A stretch of 63,621 nt of DNA, the filler included, from Octopus bimaculoides (Eukaryota): NCBI RefSeq assembly GCF_001194135.2. It is 7 parts of 6 records of this genome, joined end to end, with 100 filler letters (N's around TTAATTAATTAA, not from the genome) between each part and the next. Parts side by side here need not be neighbours in the genome. Positions count along the whole stretch, not along the records: positions 1 to 24,057 come from NC_068981.1; 6 more parts are not named here. One strand, 5' to 3'. Of the stretch, positions 1-13,360 are shown one piece after another (position 1 is the stretch's first letter; each line of letters opens with the position of its first letter). Below the pieces are notes generated by a model. That model did no database searches. It was not told the origin of the DNA and saw nothing but the letters and a program-made list of their open reading frames with translations. The translations under genes and the position numbers were made by a program.

Positions 1-151
1 AACGGATTAAGTCGATTACATCGACCCCAGTGCGTAACTGGTACTTATTTAAAGGATGAAAGGCAAAGTCGACCTCGGCGGAATTTGAACTCAGAACGTA
101 GCGGCAGACGAAATACCGCTAAGCATTTTACCCGGCGTGCTAACGTTTCTG
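1..151 (-). mobile_element. tRNA-derived SINE, family A (CORE-like central domain), internally deleted and cut by the window edge
   Basis: Reverse complement reads GGCGAGCTGGCAGAAACGTTAG (A-box-like) ... GAGTTCAAATTCCGCCGAGGTCGACTTTGCCTTTCATCCTTT ... AGTACCAGTTACGCACTGGGGTCGATGTAATCGAC; homologous copies at 10441, 16676, 21905. Confidence 0.8.
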
Positions 152-239
152 CCAGCTCGCCTGTGCTTGTAGTGTGTATCACGAACTGGCAGTGCTCCTC
201 GGTAGCACTGTCAGGTCACGGATTTCTGGAAGATACCAA

Positions 240-905
240 TTGTAGTACCAGACTCGAAAGCCCTCCAAATTAGACCGGTTAGTTCGTCTTCGTCGATGCC
301 TAGTTTCCCCTAGATTTCTGTACATTGCTCCCGTAGAACTTCCACAGTATTGTGCGACCGGCAGAGAGCAGTGAACGCCTAACGACATTCAAGATTTCAG
401 GCGCTTAATCTTGCTCTTTACACGACCCAGGATTGCAGTTCCGTCAGAGAGATGAGCTGCGGAAAACGTGTCTTACAAACGTAGACCACATAAGTTCACT
501 CTCCACGAAAGCTGTGAGTGGCGTAGCTACAATGCGTGTCTGCGCATTATTAACCGCAACCTGACCAGCGGAACGCATCCTTTCCATAGGAAGCGGAAAA
601 GTAAACTGTCCAATTCATCCATGCGTAGACTGAGGCAAAATACAACGCTCAGGCGATAAGTTATTAATGAGACGTTGTGCGCATTCTCCATCTCTGCTCG
701 ATCTTTTAGGAGTAACTTCCTCTCGGCTCATTTCTGAGTGAGACTCGCCACTTGCTTATTACCTCATCTCAGTTCTTGTCTGTCTGGAGGTGCGGGCCAA
801 ACCAGACACCAAGCAATTTCACCGGTCCGTCTGTCCATCAATCTCTAGCAGGCCTACCGACTTGTTCTGATTTATCTTAGCTCCTGCCATCGTCCTATAT
901 TACTT
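240..905 (-). mobile_element. Degenerate Tx1/L1-clade LINE ORF2 fragment (late RT and C-terminal region)
   Basis: Minus-strand translation gives AGAKINQNKSVGL, WTDGPVKLLGVWFGP, ERKLLLKDRAE, YRLSVV...LLFRFLWKGCVPLVR, IMRRHAL with stops; matches the 54908-55133 fragment. Confidence 0.8.
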
Positions 906-976
906 TAAAATTGTTGAAGAGTCGACCAAAATGCCTTGTTGTACTTATTCTTCGTCTTTGTGTTCTGATTTCATAT

Positions 977-1175
977 CACTCTGAATTCAACTTCACTTTT
1001 CATACTTTTGGGGTCGATGAAATAAAGTCTCAGTCAAGTATTGAAGTCGATGAAATTGATGGCCTTGTGTTGACAAATTTAGGGTGTCAATGTAATCGAC
1101 TTCAACCTCCCCTCAATCGAAAGATAGTGTCAATGTAATCGACTTCGCTCTCCCCTCAAAATTGCTGGCCTGGTG
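977..1175 (+). mobile_element. Degenerate family A SINE with internal duplication of GTGTCAATGTAATCGACTTC
   Basis: TTTCATACTTTTGGGGTCGATGAAATAAAGT core similarity; duplicated tail segment near 1084 and 1128. Confidence 0.55.
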
Positions 1176-1399
1176 TTAAAGTTGTTCTTATTGTTTTTGT
1201 TGTTATGATTAGAGGAAATGCGACATCCTTAGACAAAGCTTCTTGAAAGTATCAGTTTACTGTGTTTGCACTTAATGGAAAATATCATTCTTTGGATGAT
1301 TAAACGTTGAAACATTTCAGTATCCTCACCTCTTATCAGGGGAAGGAAGTAAGATTTGTCGCAGGATATTTTTGTTTTAATTTGTAAATATTCTCATAA

Positions 1400-2040
1400 T
1401 TGTGTCACAACAAATCTTCTCCATCTGGCTTACACGCCCCCAAGAATTTTGAACACGTCTTCGAAGAATCTGTAAACAATTTCATGAATTTACAAAAAAT
1501 CCACAAATTTGACAAACAAAAGGGAAACTTGATAACACTTAAACAAGCAAACACAAGCATTTGCACTATACAGGAAACAATGAAAACCATTATTTCACAA
1601 ATGGTAGTAAAAAGCGAAGGAAATAACAATGGTAGTAAATCTTTTGTCAATATATTCTGCGAAAACTTAACTCTGAATGCGACCAACTTTCGGAAAAAAA
1701 TTCAACAAAATACCGAGCAATTATGTCAGGTAATCTCTGCCTCTTTGCCTGATGATTTTATTAAAGAAAGGGAAAGGAGAAGAATGACATGATCTACCTA
1801 TCAAAAAGCAAAGAGATTTTCGTCATACCCTAAAAGTAGCAGATGAAAGAAACTCTGGCAGATATATTGAGTATTGTGATATCTTCGACTGAGAAAGGGC
1901 GTTTGGGACTATATATTTGGACTATGAGACACAGAATGGATGAGTCGACCGGCTGAGTTGGTGCGCTGTACAACCGCTGACAGATTCGTGCTACAAGATA
2001 TAAAGTGGTGGAAAACAAAGATCATAACCAGAAATATTGG
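1400..2040 (+). mobile_element. Highly degenerate L1-like RT fragment
   Basis: Fragments such as LCQVISASLPDDFIKER, HTLK...GRY...DIFD*ERAF and VWDYIFGL resemble L1 RT subdomains; interrupted by stops and frameshifts. Confidence 0.4.
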
Positions 2041-2059
2041 GTTCAAATTTTGGCAGAAG

Positions 2060-2172
2060 GCCAACAATTTCGGGGGAGGCGTAAGTCTATTACATCGACC
2101 GCATTGCGCAACTGGTACTTATTTTATGGACCCCGAAAGATTGAATGACAAAGTCGATCTCTACGGAATTTG
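2060..2172 (-). mobile_element. Partial family A SINE
   Basis: TACATCGACC...CAACTGGTACTTATTTTATGGACCCCGAAAGATTGAATGACAAAGTCGATCTC aligns to family A. Confidence 0.65.
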
Positions 2173-3591
2173 ACATAACCAGAAATATTGATAGTAATAT
2201 TGTCTCTTTCTCCGGCGTCAATTTTGTAGCAGGGTACGTGCAGCTGATATGTGTCGAGTTGACCAAAAATGCCATGTGGTTGGGTGCCCTGTCCATAGAC
2301 ATGCAGATCTTGATTACCTAAGATCGCAGTGTCATCCCGGACATGAAGCCCATTGATAGTGCAGAAAAAAGTCAATATGGCACAACAGCAAATTGTTTCG
2401 AAAGCTATGAGTCCTAGCGCTAAGGATGGTTTAAAACATCGCCTCACATTCTGTGCATATAATTGACGACCAGCGAACTATTAATCAGAAAGCAGATGGA
2501 TCATCGCTGAAATATCACCCCTTTCATTTTGAAAGAGAACGGAGTGAATAGATGCTGAAGGTAATGAACTGTGGTTGGCATCAAAAACAGAAAACTAGCG
2601 CAAATTAAGTAAAAGGAGCCCAAACGAAATTTATCCAGGTTACACAGAAGAATAGACGAGTGTTGGAACCACAGCCGACTTTCAGATGATTCTGGTGATT
2701 GAACTGGAGAAAGACTGTGATGATGTACTGACTCAAAAGAATCAGGAGTCGAGATCGGCTAGAGTATTATGGTACTTTGATCCAATATAAAACCATTACA
2801 AACATTCGCATCATGTCACACGCCTGAGGATAACATCATCTTCTGACAAAAAAGAAAAAAGCAATATCTATAAATTATTTGAATCGAAATGTCTTTAATT
2901 TTTCAATGGCAAAAGTATGAGATGTTAATTGCAAAAATTCACTCACCCGAAATGTTATCTCTACATATAATATATATAAATATATTACACATACATACAT
3001 TTATATGTGTATATGCATAATATCTATACGTGTGAAATGTTCGGTGTTCATATTTAAATAATATACTTTATTCATGACTTTTGATTTTCATGCTAACTTT
3101 ATGACCTTTGAAATTTCTATTTTTATTCTAATATAAGGAATATGTAATTCGCCACACAAAAACATGAATTTTTCAGAAAAAAAAAAAAAAANNNNNNNNN
3201 NAATTTTTCAGAAAAAAAAAAAAATAAAATAGTGGCAGTGGTGAGGACAAGGACAAGGAGTCTCTTTTTTCTTTTGCTGTTTTTTTTTGCATTATTGTTT
3301 TAAATTTTGAGTTGTTTATTTGCATTGTTATTACCTAGCATTACCAAGTCAGTCCTGATTCAGCATGATAGTCTCGACATCCTAACCTTAATTATCCTGT
3401 CTGTTATTCAAATACGTTGCTTCCCATGTATCCTCCATTTTTTATGTTTAGCCTTATGTCAGCGTCGATCGAGAAGACTTATCAAAAATGTTTCAATCAT
3501 GAATGTTCCATTTCTTTGTTTATTCAGAAACGTATTACTCTTTGTGTCTCATGCTGTTATTTTTTTTCTAAGGTATTGGGTTACAATTTGA

Positions 3592-3706
3592 GAAATATTT
3601 GGCTAGTTCTTCTAGAAATATTTGACTACTTCTTCTAGAAATATTTGGCTACTTCTTCTAGAAATATTTGGCTACTTCTTCTAGAAATATTTGGCTACTT
3701 CTTCTA
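3592..3706. repeat. Minisatellite, 5 x 23 bp (GAAATATTTGGCTACTTCTTCTA)
   Basis: Units start at 3592, 3615, 3638, 3661, 3684; two units carry a single substitution. Confidence 0.95.
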
Positions 3707-5149
3707 GAAGACCGATCGATCACGTGGAGAATACCATGTTGCCTCATACGAGTAATCTATTCTCTAGAGCAGTAGAAAAGATATTAAATATATCTGTCAT
3801 ACTTGGGCTGGTGCTTCCTTTGATTGTCTCACCTTGTTTAATGGAACTCAAAATCGAGTTGTTTCCTCGATGGCGAGTCCTCTTTCTACTAGGGTGGAAA
3901 CTTTGGTTCATCAACGAAACGTTCCTTCATTCAATCTTTTCTATGAATATTTCCATAGTTATTGCTTTGATGAGCTCTCTGGTCTAGTACCTTCAGTGAA
4001 GTGCTTTAATTAAACGTGTCACCTGTTTCTCTTCCCAGGCATACCGTTTCTCTGTAGAGCTTTCTGTTAGACATGCATCCTTTCATTCAACAGCTTCTTT
4101 CCTCGAACTGACGCTTTCAAGAACTCACTACCATCGTCTTGTTTGGAGCAAAATCATAAAGAAAAAAGACCTTGAAACAAAAGGAAAAAAAATCATAGTA
4201 TTTTACCGATTCTTTTGTGGTCACCGGTTGAGCTGATTCAGATATTTTCGTATTCTTTGTAATCTGTCCCTTTTTTTCTTTCTAGTTCTGACGGGTGACA
4301 GACATCTCTCTGTTTCTCTTTTGCAAAAGCTTTTGCTGCACATTCATGTGTGCTCAACGTATACACAAAGTGAAACTGAAAGCGTTAACAACTACTTTCC
4401 TTTTCATTTCTCGATGTTGATTTTCGACCGAGTTGATATTTCGTCTTACCAACTTTATTTGTGTATTTAAACGCCTCTCTAACAAACAGCTGTTATTCAA
4501 TGACTTCTATTCACTGACCCTTCAATGACATTACAATCAATGATATCATTCGTCGCTGTTTAATTCACTTTTAACTCTGGTTTCTTTTATACCACCACTG
4601 ATGTATTGTCCAGTATTTCTGTCTGCGAATACATTAAGTGCCATTGTATATAGTGAAGCTGTCTGTGAATAAATTAAAGCTATTCTAGCAATCTATTTAT
4701 ATTGTTTTCTTTTTTTATTCAGTCAATTGCAAATTGGCAGATTGAAGTTAAAATTGAGGTTGTGGAAAACCAGGCCACTTAACCACAGACATTTTTATTC
4801 TAGAACTTTCTGTAACTATTTTCCTTGGATCATCGAAACAAATAAAAGGCGGGTGGCATAAGTAAAATTAACTACAGTATAATCACTTAATTTTAGTAAG
4901 GAACTAGTGTTAATTAAATTATAACGGCTTTCCATCATTTCTCAAATCATCCCAAAAACACTGAAATTGATTGAGAATTTCGGATTATTATTTATGAGAC
5001 TTTGAGACTATGAAGCTCTAAAAATTTATAGATTTTATGACAAAGAAAGATTAAAATGTATATATTTATAGAAGTAATGGTTTTTAATTTAGACACGAGA
5101 CCAGCAGATCTGTGATGCCGAGGATAGGTGACATCATTAACTCCAGTAT

Positions 5150-5220
5150 TTGATTCTTTCATTTGTTTCAGTCATTTGACTGTGACCATGCTGGAGCACC
5201 GCCTTTAGTCGAACAAATAC
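5150..5220 (+). mobile_element. SINE family B fragment (TTCAGTCATTTGACTG...CATGCTGGAGCACCGCCTT)
   Basis: Same motif recurs at 16897, 17880, 35760-35960 (-), 39330, 41370-41510 (-), 44400-44610 (-), 52985. Confidence 0.7.
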
Positions 5221-5319
5221 ATACATACATACATATATATATATATATATGTATTTATATATATATACATATACATATATATACACACACTTATATGTAT
5301 ATATATATATACATATATA

Positions 5320-5352
<33 letters not shown>

Positions 5353-6254
5353 NNNNNNNNNNNNNNNNNNNNNNNNNNNNNNNNNNNNNNNNNNNNNNNN
5401 NNNNNNNNNNNNNNNNNNNNNNNNNNNNNNNNNNNNNNNNNNNNNNNNNNNNNNNNNNNNNNNNNNNNNNNNNNNNNNNNNNNNNNNNNNNNNNNNNNNN
5501 NNNNNNNNNNNNNNNNNNNNNNNNNNNNNNNNNNNNNNNNNNNNNNNNNNNNNNNNNNNNNNNNNNNNNNNNNNNNNNNNNNNNNNNNNNNNNNNNNNNN
5601 NNNNNNNNNNNNNNNNNNNNNNNNNNNNNNNNNNNNNNNNNNNNNNNNNNNNNNNNNNNNNNNNNNNNNNNNNNNNNNNNNNNNNNNNNNNNNNNNNNNN
5701 NNNNNNNNNNNNNNNNNNNNNNNNNNNNNNNNNNNNNNNNNNNNNNNNNNATATATATATATATATATAAATAAAAGGATCTCGGTTAGAAACTTGTTCT
5801 TTCTCTATTGGCATGAAATCTTGAAAGAAACAGAATAACGACATACATACATACATACATACATGCATACATATATGCATAAATGTATGTACAGCATATT
5901 AGAGTTCGACGAAATGATCTCCCAAGAAAGCTGCGATTGCCACATTTTTCTTTTCTAACGAAATCAAATGCCATTGGAGCTGTTGACAGTCTATCGAGAG
6001 ACTCCACTCATATCAAATACGTCTATGTGTGTATATGTGTGTGTGTGTGCGTGAATGCAATTGTTAATCTCTTTGTGTATTTATGCATACACATGCAAAC
6101 ACATACGCACACATATATGCAGATACTCTTTCTATATAGGCATATATTTACGCATGTATACATATGTGCATAGATATGTATGTGTGTGTGTGTGTGTGTG
6201 AAAGTATACATGTGTATATTTATGTGTATATATATTCATATATATTTGCATGTT

Positions 6255-6316
<62 letters not shown>

Positions 6317-6373
6317 GGAAGAGAGGGAAAGATAGAGAGAAAGACATAGATAGATAGATAGATAGATGGATGA

Positions 6374-6413
<40 letters not shown>

Positions 6414-7756
6414 AATTTACGTACGAATTTACATACCTCAATGCATATTGGCTGAATCAGAGCACCTTTAATGTGCACACACACATATTTATAAACGTAC
6501 GCATTCACATTCACACACGCACAAATACGGTCACATACAAACAGATGTCTATTCAGCATTGTGAGAGAGAAAGAGAGACAAGGAGGCCAAAAGAGGGGGA
6601 AGAGAGTGAGAGAGAGAACGTTAAACAAAATCAATGTTCATTAAACTGCGAGTGAGTCGTCTCTAACACATTAACATTGTGTGATAAACGCTTATGTAAC
6701 AGTCTTTTATGCGACATCCCAACAGATAACGTGCCAGTTTTATGTATTTTCGTGATTATAAGACTTGAAGGAGCTTTAATTGTTATATGTTCGTTGTATG
6801 ACGATTTCGACTGGTAACAAAGATAAAATGATAGTTTATAGCATCTCTCCAGGGCTTGCTTATAGACACACGAAAGCTGATGGGGGCTATGTTATACTAG
6901 CTAACGTCCAGTTGGTCATTCAACCAATCAATATAAAACAAGCTTCGCAGCCGACATCATTTAGCCAGCTACGCTAATGTGGAATGTTCCGAGTCACTTA
7001 ATATTTCCTTACTTTAAGCTAAGTGGCTTTTTATAGCGCATGGCGAATGTTTATTCAACAAGTCATTGAGATTAAAGATGGCTGCGCCGATAAAAGAAGT
7101 AATTGGGCAGTTAGGCGTTTGGTAATATTTGGCTAAATTATGTTCAATCTGAGGAGACAAATACATTCATATTTGAATGAAAATATTAAATAGCACCTTC
7201 AGGGACATTATCCTTTCAGATTGATTGATGATAGCCAAATAAATGTCACATAAGTAGCTGCAAACCTGAACAAGCTCACTGGCATATTTCCCTTCCTCCA
7301 TCATGCTAGTCTTGTTGCCAATGTATTTTACTGCTACAACTCGCCGCTTATTGATAACGATCGTATTACAAACAACAATTGCCTGCATTTCATAAAGCTG
7401 TTAGCCTTATTAGTCTTTTAATATTTCAAATATTTTTCAGATAATACTCATAATATTTTGATGCATAGGCGCAAACAAACGTCAAAAATGCCTCAGAAAA
7501 CTTATCACCAAATCTCTCTATTTATTCATCTATCTTACCTAATTGACACTATATCTATCAATCAATCCACGTATGCATATATGTATATGAATTTGTGTAT
7601 GTATGTATGTGTGTCTGTGAATGTAGGTATGTACGTTGTTGTGCATGTATGGCTGTATATGTGTATGCGTGAATATGTTCAGTCTGTGTTACTGTTAAAC
7701 ACTTTATTTGAGCATTTATTTCTTCTCCTCTGAGTGTAAAAACTGTATACACGTAT

Positions 7757-7788
<32 letters not shown>

Positions 7789-7806
7789 GTATGTATATAT
7801 ATATAT

Positions 7807-7856
<50 letters not shown>

Positions 7857-8438
7857 TACACATATATACACACACACACACACACATATATATNNNNNNN
7901 NNNNNNNNNNNNNNNNNNNNNNNNNNNNNNNNNNNNNNNNNNNNNNNNNNNNNNNNNNNNNNNNNNNNNNNNNNNNNNNNNNNNNNNNNNNNNNNNNNNN
8001 NNNNNNNNNNNNNNNNNNNNNNNNNNNNNNNNNNNNNNNNNNNNNNNNNNNNNNNNNNNNNNNNNNNNNNNNNNNNNNNNNNNNNNNNNNNNNNNNNNNN
8101 NNNNNNNNNNNNNNNNNNNNNNNNNNNNNNNNNNNNNNNNNNNNNNNNNNNNNNNNNNNNNNNNNNNNNNNNNNNNNNNNNNNNNNNNNNNNNNNNNNNN
8201 NNNNNNNNNNNNNNNNNNNNNNNNNNNNNNNNNNNNNNNNNNNNNNNNNNNNNNNNNNNNNNNNNNNNNNNNNNNNNNNNNNNNNNNNNNNNNNNNNNNN
8301 NNNNNNNNNNNNNNNNNNNNNNNNNNNNNNNNNNNNNNNNNNNNNNNNNNNNNNNNNNNNNNNNNNNNNNNNNNNNNNNNNNNNNNNNNNNNNNNNNNNN
8401 NNNNNNNNNNNNNNNNNNNNNNNNNNNNNNNNNNNNNN

Positions 8439-8475
<37 letters not shown>

Positions 8476-9949
8476 TTATATAAATGCATATAGTTAATAT
8501 AATATACAAATACATGCATATAAAGTAGTAGAGACAGAAATATATTTTTCCGTGTGTGGTCTTTTCCTTAAATTTTTGCAGCATTTTATTATCTACAACT
8601 GAATTTATCTCACCATGTCATGCGATATGAGAAACGTGATAGCTTAACTATCTCTTGAATATCTTCTCACAACATGTAGAACATTATAAAACAGTTACCA
8701 TTAGCACTTAAATTAATTAAATTTTTACTTGCTTGCATTAATTATCTATTAATTGCAAATATATATAGTTTGTTATTTTTAACGAAGAATAAGACTTAAT
8801 AAATAACTAAATTTGTCTCAACATCTCTCTCTTTCCCTCTTGTCGCCTTTTCTTGAATATAAGATCTTGCAGTTTTAAGCTCTATAAATGCAACTTTCTA
8901 ATGTTTATGTATTTTTTTATCAGAAGAGGAAAATAACCGAACTGACTTGGTCTTGATGCCATTTCTCTTTAGTGCCCATGAAATGGTTCATCGCTTCTTA
9001 TCAATTGCTGACCTTTTCGAAATCTCAGGCAAGATAAACTTCACATTGGAATATTTCTGGCGCATAGAGGACGATGCAATTTCTATCTGTACATAGACTA
9101 AGAAGTAACGGAACTGTATCTAACAAAAAACCCCACATAATTAAATGATTTATAAAAGGTTCATTTATTAGCTCACTGTAGTCACTAGCTCAAGGATGAG
9201 CTGTATACTACTTTTGCCTTTTCTCATACCAGTACAGCAAACTTTGCTCTTATAAATTTGCTTTTCGCATACTCTTTAACTCTTTCGCATCCAGATTACT
9301 CTGTCAAATCTAATGCGCATTTATTCACATTGTTTTGAATTAACCATGCATTATCGTGTGTCTTCGATATTTCAATGATATGGTTGTCTATTTTCAGAAT
9401 GAAATTGTAGGGGAGATGTGTGAGGCCGGATCAGGCCAATTTGAACATAAAATGGATAGAATATTTAGGCTGATATCGTTAGTTTAAGTGTTAAACGGTT
9501 AAGTATAGACCAAACCAGCAAATTTACGATATTCTTTCGTTCATAGACATAAATGCACCTCCCCTTCCAAAACCTGCAAAACTCAAGAATTTATCCCCTA
9601 CTCCGTACTTTTCCTGCAGACATGAATTACAAATATTCAAGACAATCATAGATCACAGTTATCTCATTTGACAAGTTGATCCTCAAACCGCCACGATTAT
9701 TGTTTCCCTTAACAACTTTTATAACAGAAAGCCTATGGATTTTCGAGTGAGGGGGAAAGTCGATTACATCGACCGCAAGACTCAGCTAGTGCCTATTTTA
9801 TCAATACTGAAAGGAGGAAAGGCAAAGTCGATCCCAACTGAGTTTGAACTCAGAACATAATATCAGAAGAAAGGCTGCTGAGCATTTTGTCTGGCGTGTT
9901 TTCGATTGTGAGCATATATACGATATTCGACATGTGCGTATATATACTA

Positions 9950-10163
9950 CAGGGGTGCGGAAAAGTTCCTCCTTTGGGTGAAAAAAAATATAGGAGGATC
10001 AGTTAATTATGATTTTATTCAGCATATTCCCCTCTTAGATTCACACACCTATCGCAACCGTCCTTCAGTTTTTCTAAGCCCAGTAAAAGAAACTTGGAAG
10101 GCTGGTCCTCCAACCAGGCCTTCCGCAATACCCTTAAAGCCAGGAACCTTTCAGAACCCCTTG
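9950..10163. mobile_element. Tc1/mariner-type MITE
   Basis: Imperfect TIRs CAGGGGTGCGGAAAAGTTCC / GGAACCTTTCAGAACCCCTTG, flanked by TA at 9948-9949 and 10164-10165. Confidence 0.75.
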
Positions 10164-10440
10164 TATGAATATTTATACATTCATTCACACTCACACATAC
10201 ACACAAACACATACACACACATGCGCACGCACACTCGCTCGCACACGCACACACATACGTATGCATGATCCAAATAAGAAGACAAAGAAAGAGTTTAGCT
10301 CATCTTTAACGACCAGTTACATTTGTTTCTGTAGCAGCTCTATATAATGCTTTTACCCGCAAAATTTCCATGTGAAAGGTTACGCAATATTTGCGATTTT
10401 ATACATTAGAGTGGCTTTACTGTAAAACACCGAAAATATT

Positions 10441-10654
10441 CTTTTCTGCTCAAGGCACAAGGCCCGAAATTTTAGGTAAGGGAGCCAGTTGATTAGATTG
10501 GCCCCCAGTATGCAACTGGTGCTTAATTTATCGACCCCGAAAGGATGAAAGGCAAAGTCGATCTCGGCAGAATTTGAACTCAGAACGTAAAGACAGGCGA
10601 AATACTGCTAAGCATTTCGCCCGGCGTGCTTAACGTTTCTGCCAGCTCGCCGCC
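10441..10654 (-). mobile_element. Near full-length family A SINE
   Basis: tRNA-like head with A/B boxes, CORE-like CCTTTCATCCTTTCGGGGTCGATAAATTAAG, and tail. Confidence 0.85.
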
Positions 10655-11164
10655 TTATAAAGCCGAAAATATTGCGTTCACATGGAGCTTCTGCATGTGA
10701 TAGCAAAATATTGTAACTAGCGGGACCCGTGAGTATTTCAAGGAATTAATAGTAAACCTGTTGGGTTATTTCTGAAAACTTTATCCAAAAAACCTGAAAG
10801 CGTAGCCGAAGTTGTGTTTGTATCAAAACATAGTCGCTCTTCTGCTACTCATTGAAAAGTGAAAGAAATTGGAATACGATGATTACCTTATTCGCTTTAT
10901 ATATACACTTTATATATTCTATACACAATTCTATGTACTTAATGCAACAGCACTCATAAAATAAATATTCACTCTTATTTTTCCATTTTCCCCATAAACA
11001 AACACAAAAAAATCGTGTGACATATGATACAACCTGTAGTTAAATTTCATATATCTGCCACGTAAATAAGCGTGAACATTTCATGGAATTGCACTTATGC
11101 GCATGCGTTAAGTGATAGGTGATATGAAAAAATACTTAGTTCAATTTTTTTAAAAAGTACACTT

Positions 11165-11580
11165 TTCACTTTTCACTCACCACCACTACCACCAACTCCA
11201 CCAACTCCACCACCAGCACCAGCACCACCACTACCACCATCATCACCTTTCTCTCCTCTCTCTCTTTCCCCTCTCTTTTCCTTCTCTCTCTCTCTTTTCC
11301 TTCTCTCTCTCTTCTCCTTTTCTCTCTCTTTTCCTTCTGTCTCCCTCTCTCTTTTCTTTCTCCCTCTTTCTGTCTCACTCTTCGCCTTATACTTTTTTTC
11401 TCTCTCCATTTCCTTTCTCTCTCTTGTTCTCTTTTTTCCCTTCAACTAATCACGTGAAAGCGTTACAGTTACGTTCCCTCTACTTCATATCATGGACGCT
11501 TCTCCCTCCCTCTTTTTCTCTCTCTCCGTCTTTTCTCTTTCCCTCTTTTCTTACTCTCTTCTTTTCTTTCATTCTGCGCC
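11165..11580. repeat. CCA triplet and polypyrimidine (CT-rich) low-complexity tract
   Basis: Directly visible. Confidence 0.85.
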
Positions 11581-12072
11581 TTTCCCTTCAACTTATCACG
11601 TGCAAGCGTTACGGACGGGCTAAGTAACTGTGTGATAAGCAGCATTGTCATAAAAATTAGTCATTCAAGATGTGCTAAGCTCTTTCTTTGTTTTCTTATT
11701 TGGATTACATTTTACTCTCGGCTAGATTAACATAATTGGATTTATTGGTGTGATATCTATTTTTTTTTTTTTACACCACTAGAATTTCGATCTCTTTTGA
11801 GACTTCTATTCATGTATGAAGATAACCTCTAGCTCCGGTTGAGTGTTGCATTGGAAATACTTTAGTTCTCTATACTCTTCAAGGACCATAACTTTCTCTC
11901 TTTCTCTTTCTCTCTCTTCCTCCCCCCTCCCTCTCTCTCTCTCACACACAGACATACTATACTGGTATTGATGTGTAAAATATTTCTTTTGATTTTCATA
12001 TCTTTGGATGGGATTCGTGTACACATCTACATTAAAAGGTACTACCATACATCATCATCATCATCATCATCA

Positions 12073-12110
<38 letters not shown>

Positions 12111-12406
12111 GTCGTCATAATCACCATTTTTGTTATGATCTTTGGATGTTATTTTGTGAAGATATGCTTTCATAGAAGTCCTCTGCTTTGCTATCATGGA
12201 TCATTAACNNNNNNNNNNTAAAAGACATTTCAGTACCGGTTTCAATCATTGAGATTTTTTCAACTGTAAGTATGGAAAACAATTAAATTTTAGAAAAATT
12301 AAAAGAAAAGTTTTTAAAAAGAATATTTGCATAGTATTCAAATACAAGGGGCATTTTCCTTGTTTCTGCCTATCTCTGTTTCTCTTGCTTACTATATATA
12401 TATTTA

Positions 12407-12537
<131 letters not shown>

Positions 12538-12556
12538 AAATACGTTTTGTGATTTT

Positions 12557-13150
12557 TTAAAAATATACATTAGCGACAAAGGCAGTATAAATACCGAGAG
12601 CTAATATTGATACCCACTTAATGGTGGATGTTAATGTTGGATGCTCTATTAGAACAAACTATACTGCCGTTGTTACCACGAGAGAAACTTTCATTCAGGC
12701 TTTTTGGCGCAAAGTGCTCTCTTGTTAATATTGCTAGTGAGGAGATAAACTCCTGCCACCTCCAGCGTCGAGACTACCAGATCACGTGATTTCGGACTTG
12801 TTTGATCTGGTGAATGATCGACCGATAGAACCAGCAGCAATTCATCTCCCTGCCAGCGATATATAGAAAACTGTGCCAAAACAGGCGCTGGTGTCGCGAT
12901 CAGTCAGTTAAAAATATATTTATATTAGCGACAAAGGCGGTATTAATATCGAGAGGTGATAATTATCCTCACTTCAACGTCGATGTTCTGTTAAAAGAAA
13001 CTATACTGCAGTAGTTAGCATGAGAAAAACTCTCATATTGGCTTTTTCGAGCAAAATGCACTCTTGTTTATATCTCTAGCGGGGAGATAAATTCCCGGTA
13101 CGTCCAGCGCCGAGACCACCAGATCACATGATTTCAACCTTTGTTTGGTT
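12557..13150. repeat. Diverged tandem dimer, ~355-bp period
   Basis: TTAGCGACAAAGGC at 12570 and 12925; shared ACTATACTGC, CTCTTGTT, GGAGATAAA, TCCAGCG.CGAGAC.ACCAGATCAC.TGATTTC blocks. Confidence 0.8.
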
Positions 13151-13360
13151 TTGTGCATGGTGATCCACGTTTAAGTGGAGATAGATATTACCTCTCGGTT
13201 TTAACTTTGTCCTTTGCTTCTCCAACCACTTAATGACGGGTAAGCATCGACCCGGTGAGCATGCAGGTGAAATTCCAGATTCACAAGACATGAACACGAC
13301 CAAAATAAAACAGAAATATGTCGTGTGTGTGTGTGCATGTGCTTGAGAGCGGCAAAGGAC

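Noticed and set aside
1305-1345. Hammerhead-like CTGATAA...GAAA on the minus strand
   Set aside because: G8 is mutated and no convincing stem I or III
3160-3225. AATTTTTCAGAAAAAAAAAA on both sides of a 10-N gap
   Set aside because: Overlapping contig ends that were not merged
3700-4700. Possible very old LINE on the minus strand
   Set aside because: Too degenerate to show a diagnostic motif
5137-8584. Long ORFs rich in Y/I/H/T/C/V or X here and at 33581-34661, 43024-44127, 49934-51098, 56636-57734
   Set aside because: Translations of (TA)n, (CA)n, (TATG)n microsatellites and N gaps
9620-9750. Plus-strand strong acceptor followed by a frame with one TGA
   Set aside because: No homology or SECIS support; all frames are interrupted
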